A DNA stretch of 64,000 bases from Acidobacteriota bacterium (GCA_965205505.1 CBDBHB010000008.1:896001-960000); one strand, 5' to 3'. Positions 8,720 to 19,412 are shown, counted from the stretch's first letter. The notes: generated from the sequence alone by a model not told the origin. A program made the numbers and translations.

Positions 8720-10771
8720 GTGACAGCTCGGAAAACCCGGGCGCTGGCTCTTACGGCTGGGGCGATGCTCGCCATCGCCCCAGCCGTATTCTCGTCGTCG
8801 GCGACCGGCACCCAGGAATACACGCCCGAACGCATCACGGCACACCTTGGCACGCGCGTCGGCCGGAGCCTCGGACCTCCAGGCGGGGAGGTTCGGTCTC
8901 TCGTAGTGTCGCCGAGCGAGCCGACTCGCCTGTACCTGGGGACCGCAACGGGCCACGTGTACGCCTCGCTCGACACCGCCCAAACCTGGGAGGAGCTACC
9001 GATCGCTCTCGGACACGACGCGGTGATCGACAACCTGCTAGTTCACCCCGGCGACGCCGACATCGTGTTTGCGGCCTATTGGACGCCGCAGGGCAGTGGC
9101 GGCCTGGCCCGCACGAGTGACGGTGGCGCGACATGGAAGCTCGTGTCGCTGCCGGGCGATCCGTCGCTGCGGTCCATCGCCGTCGCCCCTTCGCGCGTGC
9201 GCACCATGTACGTGGGCGGGATCGGCGGCGTCTGGCGCAGCGACGACGGCGGCGACTCATGGACGAACGTCAACGGCGAGGGCCTAGTGGCCGAGTTCGT
9301 AGAGTCGCTGGCGGTCGACCCACGCGACCCCGATCACGTCTACGCCGGTACCTGGAGGCAGGTCTATCGAAGCCACGACGGCGGAGCTACCTGGCATCGC
9401 GTCTATCAGGGGATGGCTATCGATCGCGACATCTTCTCGTTGGCTATCGACCCCAACGATCCTGATACCGTGCTCGCGGGCACCTGCAACTTCCTGTACT
9501 GCTCTAACAACGCAGGCGACACCTGGGCTGAGCGCCGCACCGGAGTGTCGCCCGCGCACAATCGCATACACACGATCGTCCACGACCCTCGCAACCCCGA
9601 AGTGATCTACGCGGGCACTCGCGGGGCCCTCTATCAATCCACCGACAGTGGTATCAACTGGTCGATTCTTCTTGGCGCCGTCTCGGTGAGCGCCCTCGCC
9701 CTCGGACCGCGGGGGGACCAGCTCTTCGTGGCAACCGAGGAGCGCGGCGTTCTGGCGGGCACTCCCAGCGACGGCTTTGGCGAGCGCAACCGCGGCCTTC
9801 ACAGCGCTCGGGTCGTGGCGTTCGACGTGTTGCCAGGCGCGCCACGCGTCCTGTTCGCCGCACGCAGCGACGGACCCCTGCGTGAGTCGGTTCATATCTC
9901 CACCGACATCGGTCAGACGTGGCGGCCGCTCGGCGTAACCCCCTCGATCGGCTCGATCCGATTCCTGCGGGCACAGATCGACCCCGTCAACCGTGCGTTG
10001 GTTGTCGGCGAGACGGGTTGGTGGAGTGTTTTCCCAGGCGGTCGCTGGGTGCCCATTCCCTCCCCTCCCGGGGACCTCACGGCCCTCGAGATCGCCCACG
10101 CGGTGGATGGACTTGTCATCGCCGCCACTAGCAGCGGCCTGTACCTGGCGGCGGCCACCGCTCTCGACGACAAGCAGGGTGCCGCACAGCCTTTCGACGG
10201 CGATGCCGCACCCGTGTGGCGGGCAATATGGAGCGGCGCCGCCGTCGAGGCACTGACGGTTGGCGATACGTTCGCGCTCGCCGTGGGCGACGGCTGGGCC
10301 GTGCGAGGCGACCTCCGTGAGCTGGTCACCGGACAGCGGCCCCAGACGGCGAAGCTCAAGGGATTACCGGGAGGCGTCGAGGACCTCGCCCTCCACCCCG
10401 AGGATCGGAACATCGCCTACGCGGTGACTGCCAGCGCCATCTACCGGACGGAAGACGGTGGAGTGGCCTGGACGCAGCTGCCCATTCCCTGGCCAGCCTC
10501 GGGGCTGCGCGCGGTGGAGGTGGACCCCGCCAATCCAGATCAGATACTGGCGCTCGACTACAGCGGTGCTCTGTACCGCGGCCACGGCGAGGGTCAGCAT
10601 TGGCTCGTTCTCGACGAGGACCCCGGCCTCGATCGAGCCTGGGCGCTGCGACTCAGCGCGCAGGCGCCGGGGTATGCTTTGGTAGCTACCCGCGGCCACG
10701 GCCTGCGAGTGGTCGACATTAGTCCACTCGCGGCACCGACTGCTGGCCGGGGTGACAAGCCCGACGCGTGA
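8720..10771 (+). CDS. Secreted BNR/Asp-box repeat beta-propeller protein (VPS10/YCF48-like)
   Basis: Signal peptide; many SxDGGxTW Asp-boxes and 'LAVDPRDPDHVYAGT' blades. Confidence 0.8.
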   Translation: MTARKTRALALTAGAMLAIAPAVFSSSATGTQEYTPERITAHLGTRVGRSLGPPGGEVRSLVVSPSEPTRLYLGTATGHVYASLDTAQTWEELPIALGHDAVIDNLLVHPGDADIVFAAYWTPQGSGGLARTSDGGATWKLVSLPGDPSLRSIAVAPSRVRTMYVGGIGGVWRSDDGGDSWTNVNGEGLVAEFVESLAVDPRDPDHVYAGTWRQVYRSHDGGATWHRVYQGMAIDRDIFSLAIDPNDPDTVLAGTCNFLYCSNNAGDTWAERRTGVSPAHNRIHTIVHDPRNPEVIYAGTRGALYQSTDSGINWSILLGAVSVSALALGPRGDQLFVATEERGVLAGTPSDGFGERNRGLHSARVVAFDVLPGAPRVLFAARSDGPLRESVHISTDIGQTWRPLGVTPSIGSIRFLRAQIDPVNRALVVGETGWWSVFPGGRWVPIPSPPGDLTALEIAHAVDGLVIAATSSGLYLAAATALDDKQGAAQPFDGDAAPVWRAIWSGAAVEALTVGDTFALAVGDGWAVRGDLRELVTGQRPQTAKLKGLPGGVEDLALHPEDRNIAYAVTASAIYRTEDGGVAWTQLPIPWPASGLRAVEVDPANPDQILALDYSGALYRGHGEGQHWLVLDEDPGLDRAWALRLSAQAPGYALVATRGHGLRVVDISPLAAPTAGRGDKPDA

Positions 10772-10808
10772 TCACCGAGCCTGCCACACCGCGACCTGCT
10801 AGAGACCC

Positions 10809-11381
10809 ATGGAATCGATTGGCGCCGTGCTCGACCCGTCTCACCGTCGACGCATCATCCTGATCACCAGCGTCTGCGTGCTGGTCATCGACCAGATCAC
10901 CAAGACGCTATGCTGGATGAACATTCCCCTGCACGCGCGGGTACCGGTGTTCGGCAACGTGCTCTCGCTCACGCATGTACACAATCGCGGGATGGCCTTC
11001 GGCTTCTTCAACACCGGACAGGCCGAGTGGGTTCGCTGGGTGTTGGTAGCGGTGGCGATCGCGGCGGTTGGGATCATCTGGTCGTACGCTCGTCACGAGA
11101 GCACGCAACGGTCTGTGGTCGTTGCCTTCGGGGCGATTCTTGGCGGCGCCATGGGGAACCTGGTCGATCGGTTGCTTTACGGTTACGTCGTCGACTTCGT
11201 GCTTCTGCACTGGAACCGGCACGAGTTCCCCGCTTTCAACGCCGCCGACTCAGCCATTACCATGGGTGGTATCGCTCTGTTCCTGGCACTGGCCCGGGAT
11301 ACCGAGGAACCAGCAGAACCCGAGCACTCCCCGAGCGACGTCGTAACACCGGCCGATGAGCCGGCGAGTGACGACGCCTGA
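10809..11381 (+). CDS. lspA: Lipoprotein signal peptidase II
   Basis: DQITK, NRGMAFG, GGAMGNLVDR, VVDF, FNAADSAI. Confidence 0.95.
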   Translation: MESIGAVLDPSHRRRIILITSVCVLVIDQITKTLCWMNIPLHARVPVFGNVLSLTHVHNRGMAFGFFNTGQAEWVRWVLVAVAIAAVGIIWSYARHESTQRSVVVAFGAILGGAMGNLVDRLLYGYVVDFVLLHWNRHEFPAFNAADSAITMGGIALFLALARDTEEPAEPEHSPSDVVTPADEPASDDA

Positions 11382-11396
11382 GGTCACGAGGTTTCG

Positions 11397-12296
11397 ATGT
11401 TCCCGATTCTGTTTCGGCTGCCGATCCCCGGCATCGGCCCCATTACAATCCACACGTATGGCGTCCTGCTGGTCGTTGCCTTTCTGGTCGCCGTCATCGT
11501 GGCGCGTCGTCTGGCACGTCGCGAGGGCATCGACCCAGATCAGATGGTCGACCTCGGCGTCTACGTCATCCTCGGCGGTCTGGTGGGAGCGAAGCTGCTG
11601 CTGCTGCTCGTCGATCACGACTTCTACGGTCGACAGTTCAGAAGCATCCTCGAGGACGGCGGCGGTGGTGTTGGCGAGGCGCTCTCGCCGTATCTCGGCA
11701 GCTTCGGCGCGTTCCTTGGAACGGTCTCGCGAATGGGGCTGAGCTTGCTGCAGGCCGGAGGCGTCTTCTACGGCGGCATGATCGCCGGCTTGGTGGTCGG
11801 AATCTGGTACATACGCCGCTACGCGATGCCCTTGTGGAAAGCCACCGATGTCGCAGCACCGGCAATCGCCATCGCGCATGCGTTCGGCCGCGTCGGCTGC
11901 TTCGCAGCGGGCTGCTGCTACGGCATCCCCACCGATGCACCCTGGGGCGTTACGTTCGAGAACAGTTACAGTGGCACGCTGGTGGGTGTTCCACTGAATA
12001 TCCCTCTGCATCCTACGCAGCTGTACTCCGCGCTCGGCAACTTGGCGATCTTCGGGCTGTTGCTGTGGTTGTACAAGCGCAAGAAATTCGACGGCCAGGT
12101 GTTCTGGGTGTACGTGCTGGGATACGGCGTTTTCCGATTCGTGCTCGAGTTCTGGCGCGGTGATCCTCGAGGGACAGTCTTCGGCGGCATGCTTTCTACC
12201 TCGCAGTTCGTCTCCATCGTGATGGTGACGCTGGCACTGGGTATGTTGGCGCGCTTGCGCACCGGGATGCAGAAGACAGCGGAGAGCACCACCTGA
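11397..12296 (+). CDS. lgt: Prolipoprotein diacylglyceryl transferase
   Basis: MFPILF, HTYG, GGVFYGG, GRVGCFAAGCCYG, HPTQLY, RFVLEFWRGD. Confidence 0.95.
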   Translation: MFPILFRLPIPGIGPITIHTYGVLLVVAFLVAVIVARRLARREGIDPDQMVDLGVYVILGGLVGAKLLLLLVDHDFYGRQFRSILEDGGGGVGEALSPYLGSFGAFLGTVSRMGLSLLQAGGVFYGGMIAGLVVGIWYIRRYAMPLWKATDVAAPAIAIAHAFGRVGCFAAGCCYGIPTDAPWGVTFENSYSGTLVGVPLNIPLHPTQLYSALGNLAIFGLLLWLYKRKKFDGQVFWVYVLGYGVFRFVLEFWRGDPRGTVFGGMLSTSQFVSIVMVTLALGMLARLRTGMQKTAESTT

Positions 12297-13291
12297 GTCC
12301 ACCCGATCTACGTCCCGAGCCGACGACGATACGGCTCGAGATCGGCGACCAGGAGGCCGGCGAGAGACTCGACCGATTGCTGGCACGCCGGCTCGCCGAC
12401 GTGTCGCGTTCTCGTGTGCGTCGTCTGATTGATGCAGGCGCTGTGCGCATCGGAGACAAGCCCGCCCGCAAGGCCTCCATCCCGGTTAGCTCGGGACAGA
12501 TCATCCACGTCATCCTCGCGCCACGTCCGCCAGACTGGGACGTCACCCCCGAGGATATCCCGCTCGATGTCCTGTACGAGGACGCCTCGCTAGCGGTGAT
12601 CAACAAGCCGGCCGGCATGGTCGTGCACCCGGCTCCTGGCCATCCCACCGGCACGCTGGTGCACGCGCTGCTGCACCGCTATCAACGACGCCTCTCGGCG
12701 CTGACCGACACCGCCAGGCCAGGCATCGTCCACCGCCTCGATCGCGGTACCAGCGGTTTGATCGTCGTCGCAATGACCGACATGGCGCATCAGCGAATCG
12801 CCGACCAGTTCGCCAACCGCACAGTGAGCAAAGAGTACCTGGCCCTGGTTTTTGGGCGGCCGAAGACACGCAGCGGCACGATCGACACACCGCTGGGACG
12901 TGACCGATCCGATCGCAAGAAGATCTCCGCCAACACCGCCCAGGCGCGCGACGCCCTCACGCGCTGGAGCTTCGAAGAGGATTTTCCGGGACCGGGTATC
13001 ACACTGCTACGCGCGTTTCCGCATACCGGCCGTACGCACCAGGTACGTGCGCACCTGGCGCACATCCACCATCCGCTGGTCGGTGATTCGCTGTACTCCG
13101 GGAAACAATGGAAGGGGATCCAGGACATCACAGTCCGGCGGGCGATCGCTGGCTTCGGGCGACCCGCGCTTCACGCTCACAGGCTTGCGTTCGAACACCC
13201 CGACGACGGTCGACGGATGGAGTTCGAGCTGGCACCGCCCGACGACATGAGCACCCTACTCACCACCCTGAGGCAGGCTCGGCCGTCCTGA
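12293..13291 (+). CDS. rluD: RluA/RluD-family 23S rRNA pseudouridine synthase
   Basis: S4 start GERLDR lies upstream of the tracked start; INKPAGMVVHP, GIVHRLDRGTSG, TGRTHQVR, GDSLY. Start inferred at CTG 12293. Confidence 0.9.
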   Translation: MSPPDLRPEPTTIRLEIGDQEAGERLDRLLARRLADVSRSRVRRLIDAGAVRIGDKPARKASIPVSSGQIIHVILAPRPPDWDVTPEDIPLDVLYEDASLAVINKPAGMVVHPAPGHPTGTLVHALLHRYQRRLSALTDTARPGIVHRLDRGTSGLIVVAMTDMAHQRIADQFANRTVSKEYLALVFGRPKTRSGTIDTPLGRDRSDRKKISANTAQARDALTRWSFEEDFPGPGITLLRAFPHTGRTHQVRAHLAHIHHPLVGDSLYSGKQWKGIQDITVRRAIAGFGRPALHAHRLAFEHPDDGRRMEFELAPPDDMSTLLTTLRQARPS

Positions 13292-13477
13292 GGCCAGATC
13301 GGAACGCTCCCCTGCTACTCCAACGAACGCACAAAGATCACCTTGACCATGGTACCATCCAGCGCTTTCGCGCAGTCTTCGCGCCGACCGGTTCTTCGTC
13401 GGCCCGCACGGCCCCCCCCTTGATCCCGCTGCGTGCCTGTCGGCGGCGCTACCCTGAAAGAAGGAGCGAGGGTAGGC

Positions 13478-15562
13478 ATGGCCAAGTTCGCGAGCGAGGA
13501 TCTCCGGAACGTAGGTGTTATCGGGCACGATGACACCGGTAAGACGACCCTGGTGTCGGCGTGCCTTTACACCACTGGAGCTGTAAGCCGGCTCGGGCGG
13601 GTCGAGGATGGTCATTCGACCACCGACTTCGACGAGGAGGAGATCGACCGCCAGATCTCGATCCAGGTCGGCCTCGCCTATGCGCAGTGGCGTGGCTCCC
13701 AGATCACTTTCGTGGACACTCCCGGATACGCCGTATTTCGGGCCGAGACCAAGGGCGCGATGCGAGTGGTGGACGGCGCGCTGGTCACCGTCGACGCCCT
13801 ATCGGGCGCCGAGGTCATGACCGAGAAGGTGTGGGAGTACATGCGCGACCTCAAGGTCCCGGGCGTCATCGTCATCAACCGCCTGGATCGCGAGAACGGC
13901 TCGTTCGAGCGTCCCGTCGAATCGTGCGTCGACTCCTTCGGGCGCGAGGTCGTGGCTTTGCAGCTACCGATCGGCGCGGCCGACAAATTCAGAGGCGTAG
14001 TCGACTTACTGGACATGAAGGCCTACACCTACGCCGTCGATGGCGACGGCAAGGGCACCGTAGGCGACGTTCCGGACGACATGAAAGACGCCGCCGAGGC
14101 GGCGCGCGAGGCGCTCGTGGAGATGGTCGCCGAGAGCAACGAAGAGCTCATGGAAATCTACTTCGAGGAGGGCGGTCTCACCAGAGACCAGCTCACCGAA
14201 GGTGTACGCCAGGCGGTATTCGCGATGAGCTTGTTCCCGGTACTGTGTATGTCGGCAGCGCACAATATCGGCACGGATCGGGTGCTTGATGCATGCCTCG
14301 ACTTCCTTCCATCGCCTACCGATCGCCGACAGCTGCTGGCACGTGACGAGGGCGAGGACGTGTGGATTGACGCCGAGGCAGACGCCCCATTCGCCGGACT
14401 CGTCTTCAAGACGGTCTCCGACGCGTTTGCCGGTCGCATCAACTATGTCAAGGCGTTCACCGGCGGCGTCAACGCCGACGCTACCGTCGTCAACGCGCGC
14501 ACCGGATCGAACGAGCGACTCTCCAACATGTCCTTGGTGCAGGGCAAGCAGCTCGAACCCCTCGCCGCGGCGGTCGCCGGGCAAATCTTCGCGGTCACCA
14601 AGCTCAAGGACACCGGAACGTCGGACACCTTGCGCGACAAGCCGAGCAGGGCGGTGATCGAGCACGTCACGTTCCCGAAGCCGGCGATCTCGTTCGCCCT
14701 GGAGCCCGAGAGCAAGGGCGACGAGGAGAAGATCAGCAACGCCATTGCGCGCCTCAGAGACGAGGACCCGACGCTCGGCGTGGAGCGTGACCCGCAGACC
14801 CACGAGCTGTTGCTCTCGGGCATTGGACAGCTGCACGTCGAGGTAACCCTGGCGAAGATGAAACGTCGCTATGGGGTCAACGCCAAGCTGCATCCGCCCA
14901 AGGTTCCGTACCGCGAGACCATCCGCGGCACCGCCCACGCCGAAGGGCGTCACAAGAAGCAGTCTGGTGGTCGCGGACAGTTCGGCGTCGCCAAGATCAC
15001 TGTCGCGCCACTTCCCGCCGGGAGTGGCTTCCAGTTCGAAGACAAAATCTTCGGCGGTTCGATCTCGCAGTCATATCGTCCGGCGGTCGAGAAGGGCATC
15101 ATCGAGGCATCGGCTCGCGGCGTGTTAGCCGGATACCCGATGGTCGACTTCAAGGTCGAGCTGACTGACGGTAAGGAGCACGCTGTCGACTCATCGGAGA
15201 TGGCGTTCAAGATTGCCGGCTCAATCGCCTTCAAAGACGCTTTACCGCGGGCGAGGCCGGTGCTGCTCGAACCCATCATGAAACTGGAGATCAACGTGCC
15301 CGACGATTCTATGGGCGACGTGATGGGGGACCTGAATTCCCGCCGCGGGCGCGTGCAGGGCATGGATCCCCGCAAGAACCGGCAGATCATCCACGCAGAG
15401 GCGCCGCTGGCGGAGCTGCTCAGCTACGCTGTGGAGCTCAACTCGCTCACCGGCGGGCGCGGCACGTACACGATGGAGTTCTCCCGCTACGATGACGTGC
15501 CGCCGAACGTCGCGCAGAAGGTGATCGAAGCGAGCAAGCGAGCTGCGGATGCAGCGAACTAG
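13478..15562 (+). CDS. fusA: Elongation factor G paralogue (EF-G2-like)
   Basis: GHDDTGKTT, DFDEEEIDRQISI, DTPGY, VPYRETI, KKQSGGRGQFG, VDSSEMAF, LLEPIM; not in an rpsL-rpsG operon. Confidence 0.92.
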   Translation: MAKFASEDLRNVGVIGHDDTGKTTLVSACLYTTGAVSRLGRVEDGHSTTDFDEEEIDRQISIQVGLAYAQWRGSQITFVDTPGYAVFRAETKGAMRVVDGALVTVDALSGAEVMTEKVWEYMRDLKVPGVIVINRLDRENGSFERPVESCVDSFGREVVALQLPIGAADKFRGVVDLLDMKAYTYAVDGDGKGTVGDVPDDMKDAAEAAREALVEMVAESNEELMEIYFEEGGLTRDQLTEGVRQAVFAMSLFPVLCMSAAHNIGTDRVLDACLDFLPSPTDRRQLLARDEGEDVWIDAEADAPFAGLVFKTVSDAFAGRINYVKAFTGGVNADATVVNARTGSNERLSNMSLVQGKQLEPLAAAVAGQIFAVTKLKDTGTSDTLRDKPSRAVIEHVTFPKPAISFALEPESKGDEEKISNAIARLRDEDPTLGVERDPQTHELLLSGIGQLHVEVTLAKMKRRYGVNAKLHPPKVPYRETIRGTAHAEGRHKKQSGGRGQFGVAKITVAPLPAGSGFQFEDKIFGGSISQSYRPAVEKGIIEASARGVLAGYPMVDFKVELTDGKEHAVDSSEMAFKIAGSIAFKDALPRARPVLLEPIMKLEINVPDDSMGDVMGDLNSRRGRVQGMDPRKNRQIIHAEAPLAELLSYAVELNSLTGGRGTYTMEFSRYDDVPPNVAQKVIEASKRAADAAN

Positions 15563-16130
15563 TGCTCCTCTCGCACACGCCGTCCGATTAGGCGCCGTGC
15601 TGGCGCCCGCGATCGCGATGCTGTTGCCAGCCTACGTCGCCAGCGCGCAGCTGGTGCGCGAGCGTGCCGAGTCCACCGCCATGGTCGCCACGAGCCCGGT
15701 GGCGCGCGGCGGAACGCTGCGGGCGGCGATGGAGATCCGCGTCGCCGAGGGGTTCCATATCAACGCAAACCCGGCGTCGGAGGACTTCCTGATCGCCACC
15801 GAGGTAAACCTGGCGGCGGCGGACGGATTCGCGATCAGCGAGGTCTTCTATCCACCCGCCCACGAGCTCACGTTCGGCTTCTGGGACGGACCGCTACGAG
15901 TGTGGGAAGGGTCCGTCGTGGCCGGCGTGGTGCTCGAGGTTGCCGATACGGCGGCGCTCGGATTCCGCGACCTGGAGTTCGTTGTCCTGTATCAGGCTTG
16001 CAACGACGCAGCTTGTTTCGCGCCGGCCGAGACTACCTACAAGCTGGCCGTGGATGTCGTTGAACAAGGATCCGCGACGCGCGCGCTGCAATCGCCGTTG
16101 CTGAGTCGAGCTCGGTTCGAGCGGCAGTAA
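15549..16130 (+). CDS. Exported DsbD N-terminal-domain protein
   Basis: Signal peptide; GFHINANP, YPP, YQACNDAACFAP (CxxxxC). Start uncertain. Confidence 0.75.
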   Translation: MQRTSAPLAHAVRLGAVLAPAIAMLLPAYVASAQLVRERAESTAMVATSPVARGGTLRAAMEIRVAEGFHINANPASEDFLIATEVNLAAADGFAISEVFYPPAHELTFGFWDGPLRVWEGSVVAGVVLEVADTAALGFRDLEFVVLYQACNDAACFAPAETTYKLAVDVVEQGSATRALQSPLLSRARFERQ

Positions 16131-16132
16131 GG

Positions 16133-16819
16133 CTACGGGCTCTGCGAGGTGGCCTCGAACGGTCGCTGCCCACGTGGCACGTGGGTGCGGAACACGTAAT
16201 CCCACAGCGGCGAGCTCACCCCGTACCAGCGCTCCTCGGCGGAGAAGTGGTGCTGCAGATGGCGTTTGCGTAACCCGACCCCGATGCGGTTCTTCGGTGT
16301 CACGAAATGAGTATAGAAATGGATGTAGTCGTAACAGAGGTAACCAATCGTAAAGCCGCCCCAGAACGGAAACAGCGTCGGAGTACCGAGAATCCAGTAG
16401 CCGACGCTCATCAGAACCAGGTATAGCGGTACTGCCATCATCGGCGGAGCCAATAGCCGATCCCACTCTTGCACGTCGTGGTGCAGCCGGTGCAGTGGGT
16501 AAAGGAACTCTTTGAGCCGCGCGTGCTGTGGCTCCCAGTGGAAGACCCAGCGATGCAGGCAATACTCGGTGAATGTCCACGCGAAGGCACCGAAGATCGA
16601 CAGGGCGATGACGGTTCCGACCGACAGATCGCGCAAATACCCCAGATAAATCAGGGCCAACGCGACCGGCCCCCAAATGGCGATCGGTACCGCCGGGTGG
16701 ACGCGAGTAAGCGACTCGAGGAAGTCGTTCTCGTAGAGCCGTACCTCGCGCTCACGAGTGACCCGTGCTTTCTTCACCACAGCTCTTGCCTCACTAGGTC
16801 GCCGCAACCTGGGCGGCAA
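16133..16819 (-). CDS. Fatty acid hydroxylase / sterol desaturase family protein
   Basis: His boxes EYCLHRWVFH, HRLHH, YDYIHFYTH, HLQHHF and YGVSSPLWDYVFRT (FA2H/Scs7-like). Confidence 0.88.
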   Translation of the reverse strand: MPPRLRRPSEARAVVKKARVTREREVRLYENDFLESLTRVHPAVPIAIWGPVALALIYLGYLRDLSVGTVIALSIFGAFAWTFTEYCLHRWVFHWEPQHARLKEFLYPLHRLHHDVQEWDRLLAPPMMAVPLYLVLMSVGYWILGTPTLFPFWGGFTIGYLCYDYIHFYTHFVTPKNRIGVGLRKRHLQHHFSAEERWYGVSSPLWDYVFRTHVPRGQRPFEATSQSP

Positions 16820-16870
16820 CTCGTCCCGATCTTCCAGTGTAGAACGTAACCCGTGAAAGAGAATAGATCC

Positions 16871-17176
16871 TCAAAGCCTCACCCGCACCGCCGCCCCCTC
16901 GATAACGACCTCGTAGGTTCGCAGCCAATCGCCGGGAGAGTTGAGGCACTCGCCACTGGCCACGTCGAAGCGCCAGCCGTGCCACGGGCAGCTGACGGTA
17001 TGACCGTCGAGATCACCATCACCGACCGGACCGCCGCGATGACAACAGGTGTTCTCAATGGCGTGGAACACTCCGCCAACGTTGAACAACGCGATCTCTT
17101 TTTCGCCGATCTCGATCGTTTTCCCGGTACCTTCCACGAGGTCAGTAACGCCTGCGACCGTCTTCAGCTCACTCAA
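16871..17176 (-). CDS. Rieske 2Fe-2S ferredoxin
   Basis: CCHRGGP...CPWHGWRFD; probable TTG start at 17176. Confidence 0.88.
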   Translation of the reverse strand: MSELKTVAGVTDLVEGTGKTIEIGEKEIALFNVGGVFHAIENTCCHRGGPVGDGDLDGHTVSCPWHGWRFDVASGECLNSPGDWLRTYEVVIEGAAVRVRL

Positions 17177-17271
17177 CTTTGGGCCTCCGAAGCCCGCCCG
17201 ATGACGGGAACCGCGCCCTTGTCGACACCTCATGCGACGCGAGGAGGCTTATTCTGGCACGCTCTCTAATC

Positions 17272-18024
17272 GTGGGCAAAGAACTCGATCGTGACAGCCT
17301 CGCTCCCGACCGCGTCGAGGCTGCCGGCGGATCGTTTACCAACGCCGTGCAGCGGATGTTCGATGGCCTCGCGCCGCGCTACGACACGTTCAACCGCTGG
17401 GCCAGCCTCGGACTGGACACCGCGTGGCGGCGCGCTGCGATCCGCCAACTCGGGGTGCCGGCCGGCGGTTCTGTGCTCGACATCGCCACCGGAACCGGCG
17501 ACCTTGCACTCGCCTCGGCCATCGCCGGCCATCGCGCGGTGGGCGTCGACTTCGCCCGCGAGATGATCAACGCCGCCCGCGCCAAGCGATCGCGAGCCGA
17601 CCTCCCGGTGCCGTTCCACGTCGCCAGTGCCGAAGCCCTTCCCTACGATGAAGCCAGTTTCGACGGAGCCCTTTCCGGTTTCGCGATGCGCAACGTCCGC
17701 CCCATCCTGTATTCCGTGCTCGCCGAGGCACACCGTGTGCTCAAACCCGGCGGGCGCTTCGTGATCCTCGAGTTTTGCGACCCTCCATTTGCTCATGTCC
17801 GCTGGGGGCACCGCCTCTACACGCGAGCCGTCGTCCCCAACATCGGTCGCTGGCTAACTGGCACCTCCGTCCCGTTCGACTACCTCAACCGCAGCATCGA
17901 TGCCTGGGAGAGCCCGGAGTCATTCGCCGCTATCCTCACCCGCGCCGGCTTCATCGAGGTCGCGTATCGCCGCCTCACCCTGGGTACGGTCGCCCTCCAC
18001 TGGGGCGCCAAGCCACGCAGTTAG
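17272..18024 (+). CDS. menG: Demethylmenaquinone methyltransferase UbiE/MenG
   Basis: MFDGLAPRYDTFN, VLDIATGTGDLA, FAMRNV, RVLKPGG, YLNRSI. Confidence 0.9.
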   Translation: MGKELDRDSLAPDRVEAAGGSFTNAVQRMFDGLAPRYDTFNRWASLGLDTAWRRAAIRQLGVPAGGSVLDIATGTGDLALASAIAGHRAVGVDFAREMINAARAKRSRADLPVPFHVASAEALPYDEASFDGALSGFAMRNVRPILYSVLAEAHRVLKPGGRFVILEFCDPPFAHVRWGHRLYTRAVVPNIGRWLTGTSVPFDYLNRSIDAWESPESFAAILTRAGFIEVAYRRLTLGTVALHWGAKPRS

Positions 18025-18121
18025 ATGAGATGAGAAGGCCAACCTCCTGAACGCAGTAGCCTGACGGCTCTGCAAACGTTTCTTCAAACGTAACGGGCTC
18101 GAAGCCCAAGGAGGTTGGCCG

Positions 18122-19166
18122 ATGATAAGTGTAACGATTGGACTGGACGTAAGCGACCGGTACAGCCGTATGTGCGTGCTCGACAGTAAGGGCAGGGTGA
18201 TGGAGGAAGGGCGGGTGAGGACGAGCCCGGAGGGGCTGGCGAGGCGGTTCGGGTGCGAGGAGCCCGCTCGAGTTAGTGCTGGAGGTTGGAACGCACTCGC
18301 CGTGGATGAGTGAGCAGTTGAAGCAACTGGGTCATGAGGTGCTGGTGGCTAACCCGAGGCGGCTGAAGCTGATCTATGGCGAGCACGGACCGACCGGTTG
18401 GATGCCGAGCACCTGGCACGAGTGGGCAGAATGGACCCAAAGCTGCTTAAGACGGTGCAGCATCGAGGCAGACAAGCGCGAGCGGATCTAGCCGTGATTC
18501 GGAGCCGAGATGCTCTGGTAAAGAGCCGCACGCAGTTGGTGAGCCATGTGCGTGGTGCGGTCAAGTCGGCCGGTTGTCGTATTCCCAGGTGCTCGACGCC
18601 GGCGTTCGCGCGCACCGCGCCAGAGCACATACCGGAGCGGCTCAAGGGAGCGCTCGAGCCGGTGCTTGAAACGATCGCCATGCTGACGGGCAACATCCAG
18701 CAATACGAGCGTCAGATCGTGCAGCTGTGCCAGGGGCGATACCCGGAGACACAGCAGCTCCAGCAAGTGGCCGGGGTCGGAGCTCTGACCGCACTGGCGT
18801 ATGTGCTGACGCTCGAGGAGCCGGAACGGTTCAATACCTCCAGAGCCGTGGGCCCGTACCTGGGACTGAGACCGAAGAAACGGCAGTCGGGGGACAAGGA
18901 CCCTGCGCTACGAATAACCAAGGCGGGCGACAAAATGCTCCGACGCCTGTTGGTGGGGCTCGGCGCATTACATCCTGGGCCCCTTCGGGCCCAATACTGA
19001 GCTCAGACGCTGGGGGCTCAAGCTGGCCGGACGCGGTGGTCCTCATGGCAACAAAAAGGCAGCAGTTGCTGTCGCCCGTAAGCTCGCCGTTGTGCTGCAC
19101 CGACTGTGGCTGAGTGGAGACGAGTACGAACCGTTGCGCGCACCTGTAGAGGTTTCAGCAGCATGA
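18122..19166 (+). pseudogene. IS110 DEDD recombinase, split by about 3 frameshifts
   Basis: [55 protein letters not shown] spread over several frames. Confidence 0.9.
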
Positions 19167-19412
19167 ACTAACCCGCAACCAGGAGGTCGGTAGGGCGACG
19201 CGACCCAACGGTTATCGATCTGACCGCCCGGTCCGGGCGACTGCGAAGGTCACTACGAGCTTCGAGCTCGGCAGCTAGATTGCAGCGCCTCGAATCGGGA
19301 CGGACCCCAGAATGCACCGGACGACCTGAATCCTCGTCCACCAGAGTGCGAATAGGAGCATGGCGTGCAGATCGATTCTTCGCTGGGCACCACATTGCCC
19401 TTGACCGAACTA
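19167..19412 (+). ncRNA. Candidate bridge RNA / seekRNA of the IS1111 element
   Basis: Stem CTGCGA/TTGCAG enclosing an internal loop (AGGTCACTA; GCAGCTAG) around hairpin CGAGCT-TCG-AGCTCG matches the insertion site; second loop (CTCGTC; ATAGGAG) matches the joined IS ends. Boundaries approximate. Confidence 0.7.
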
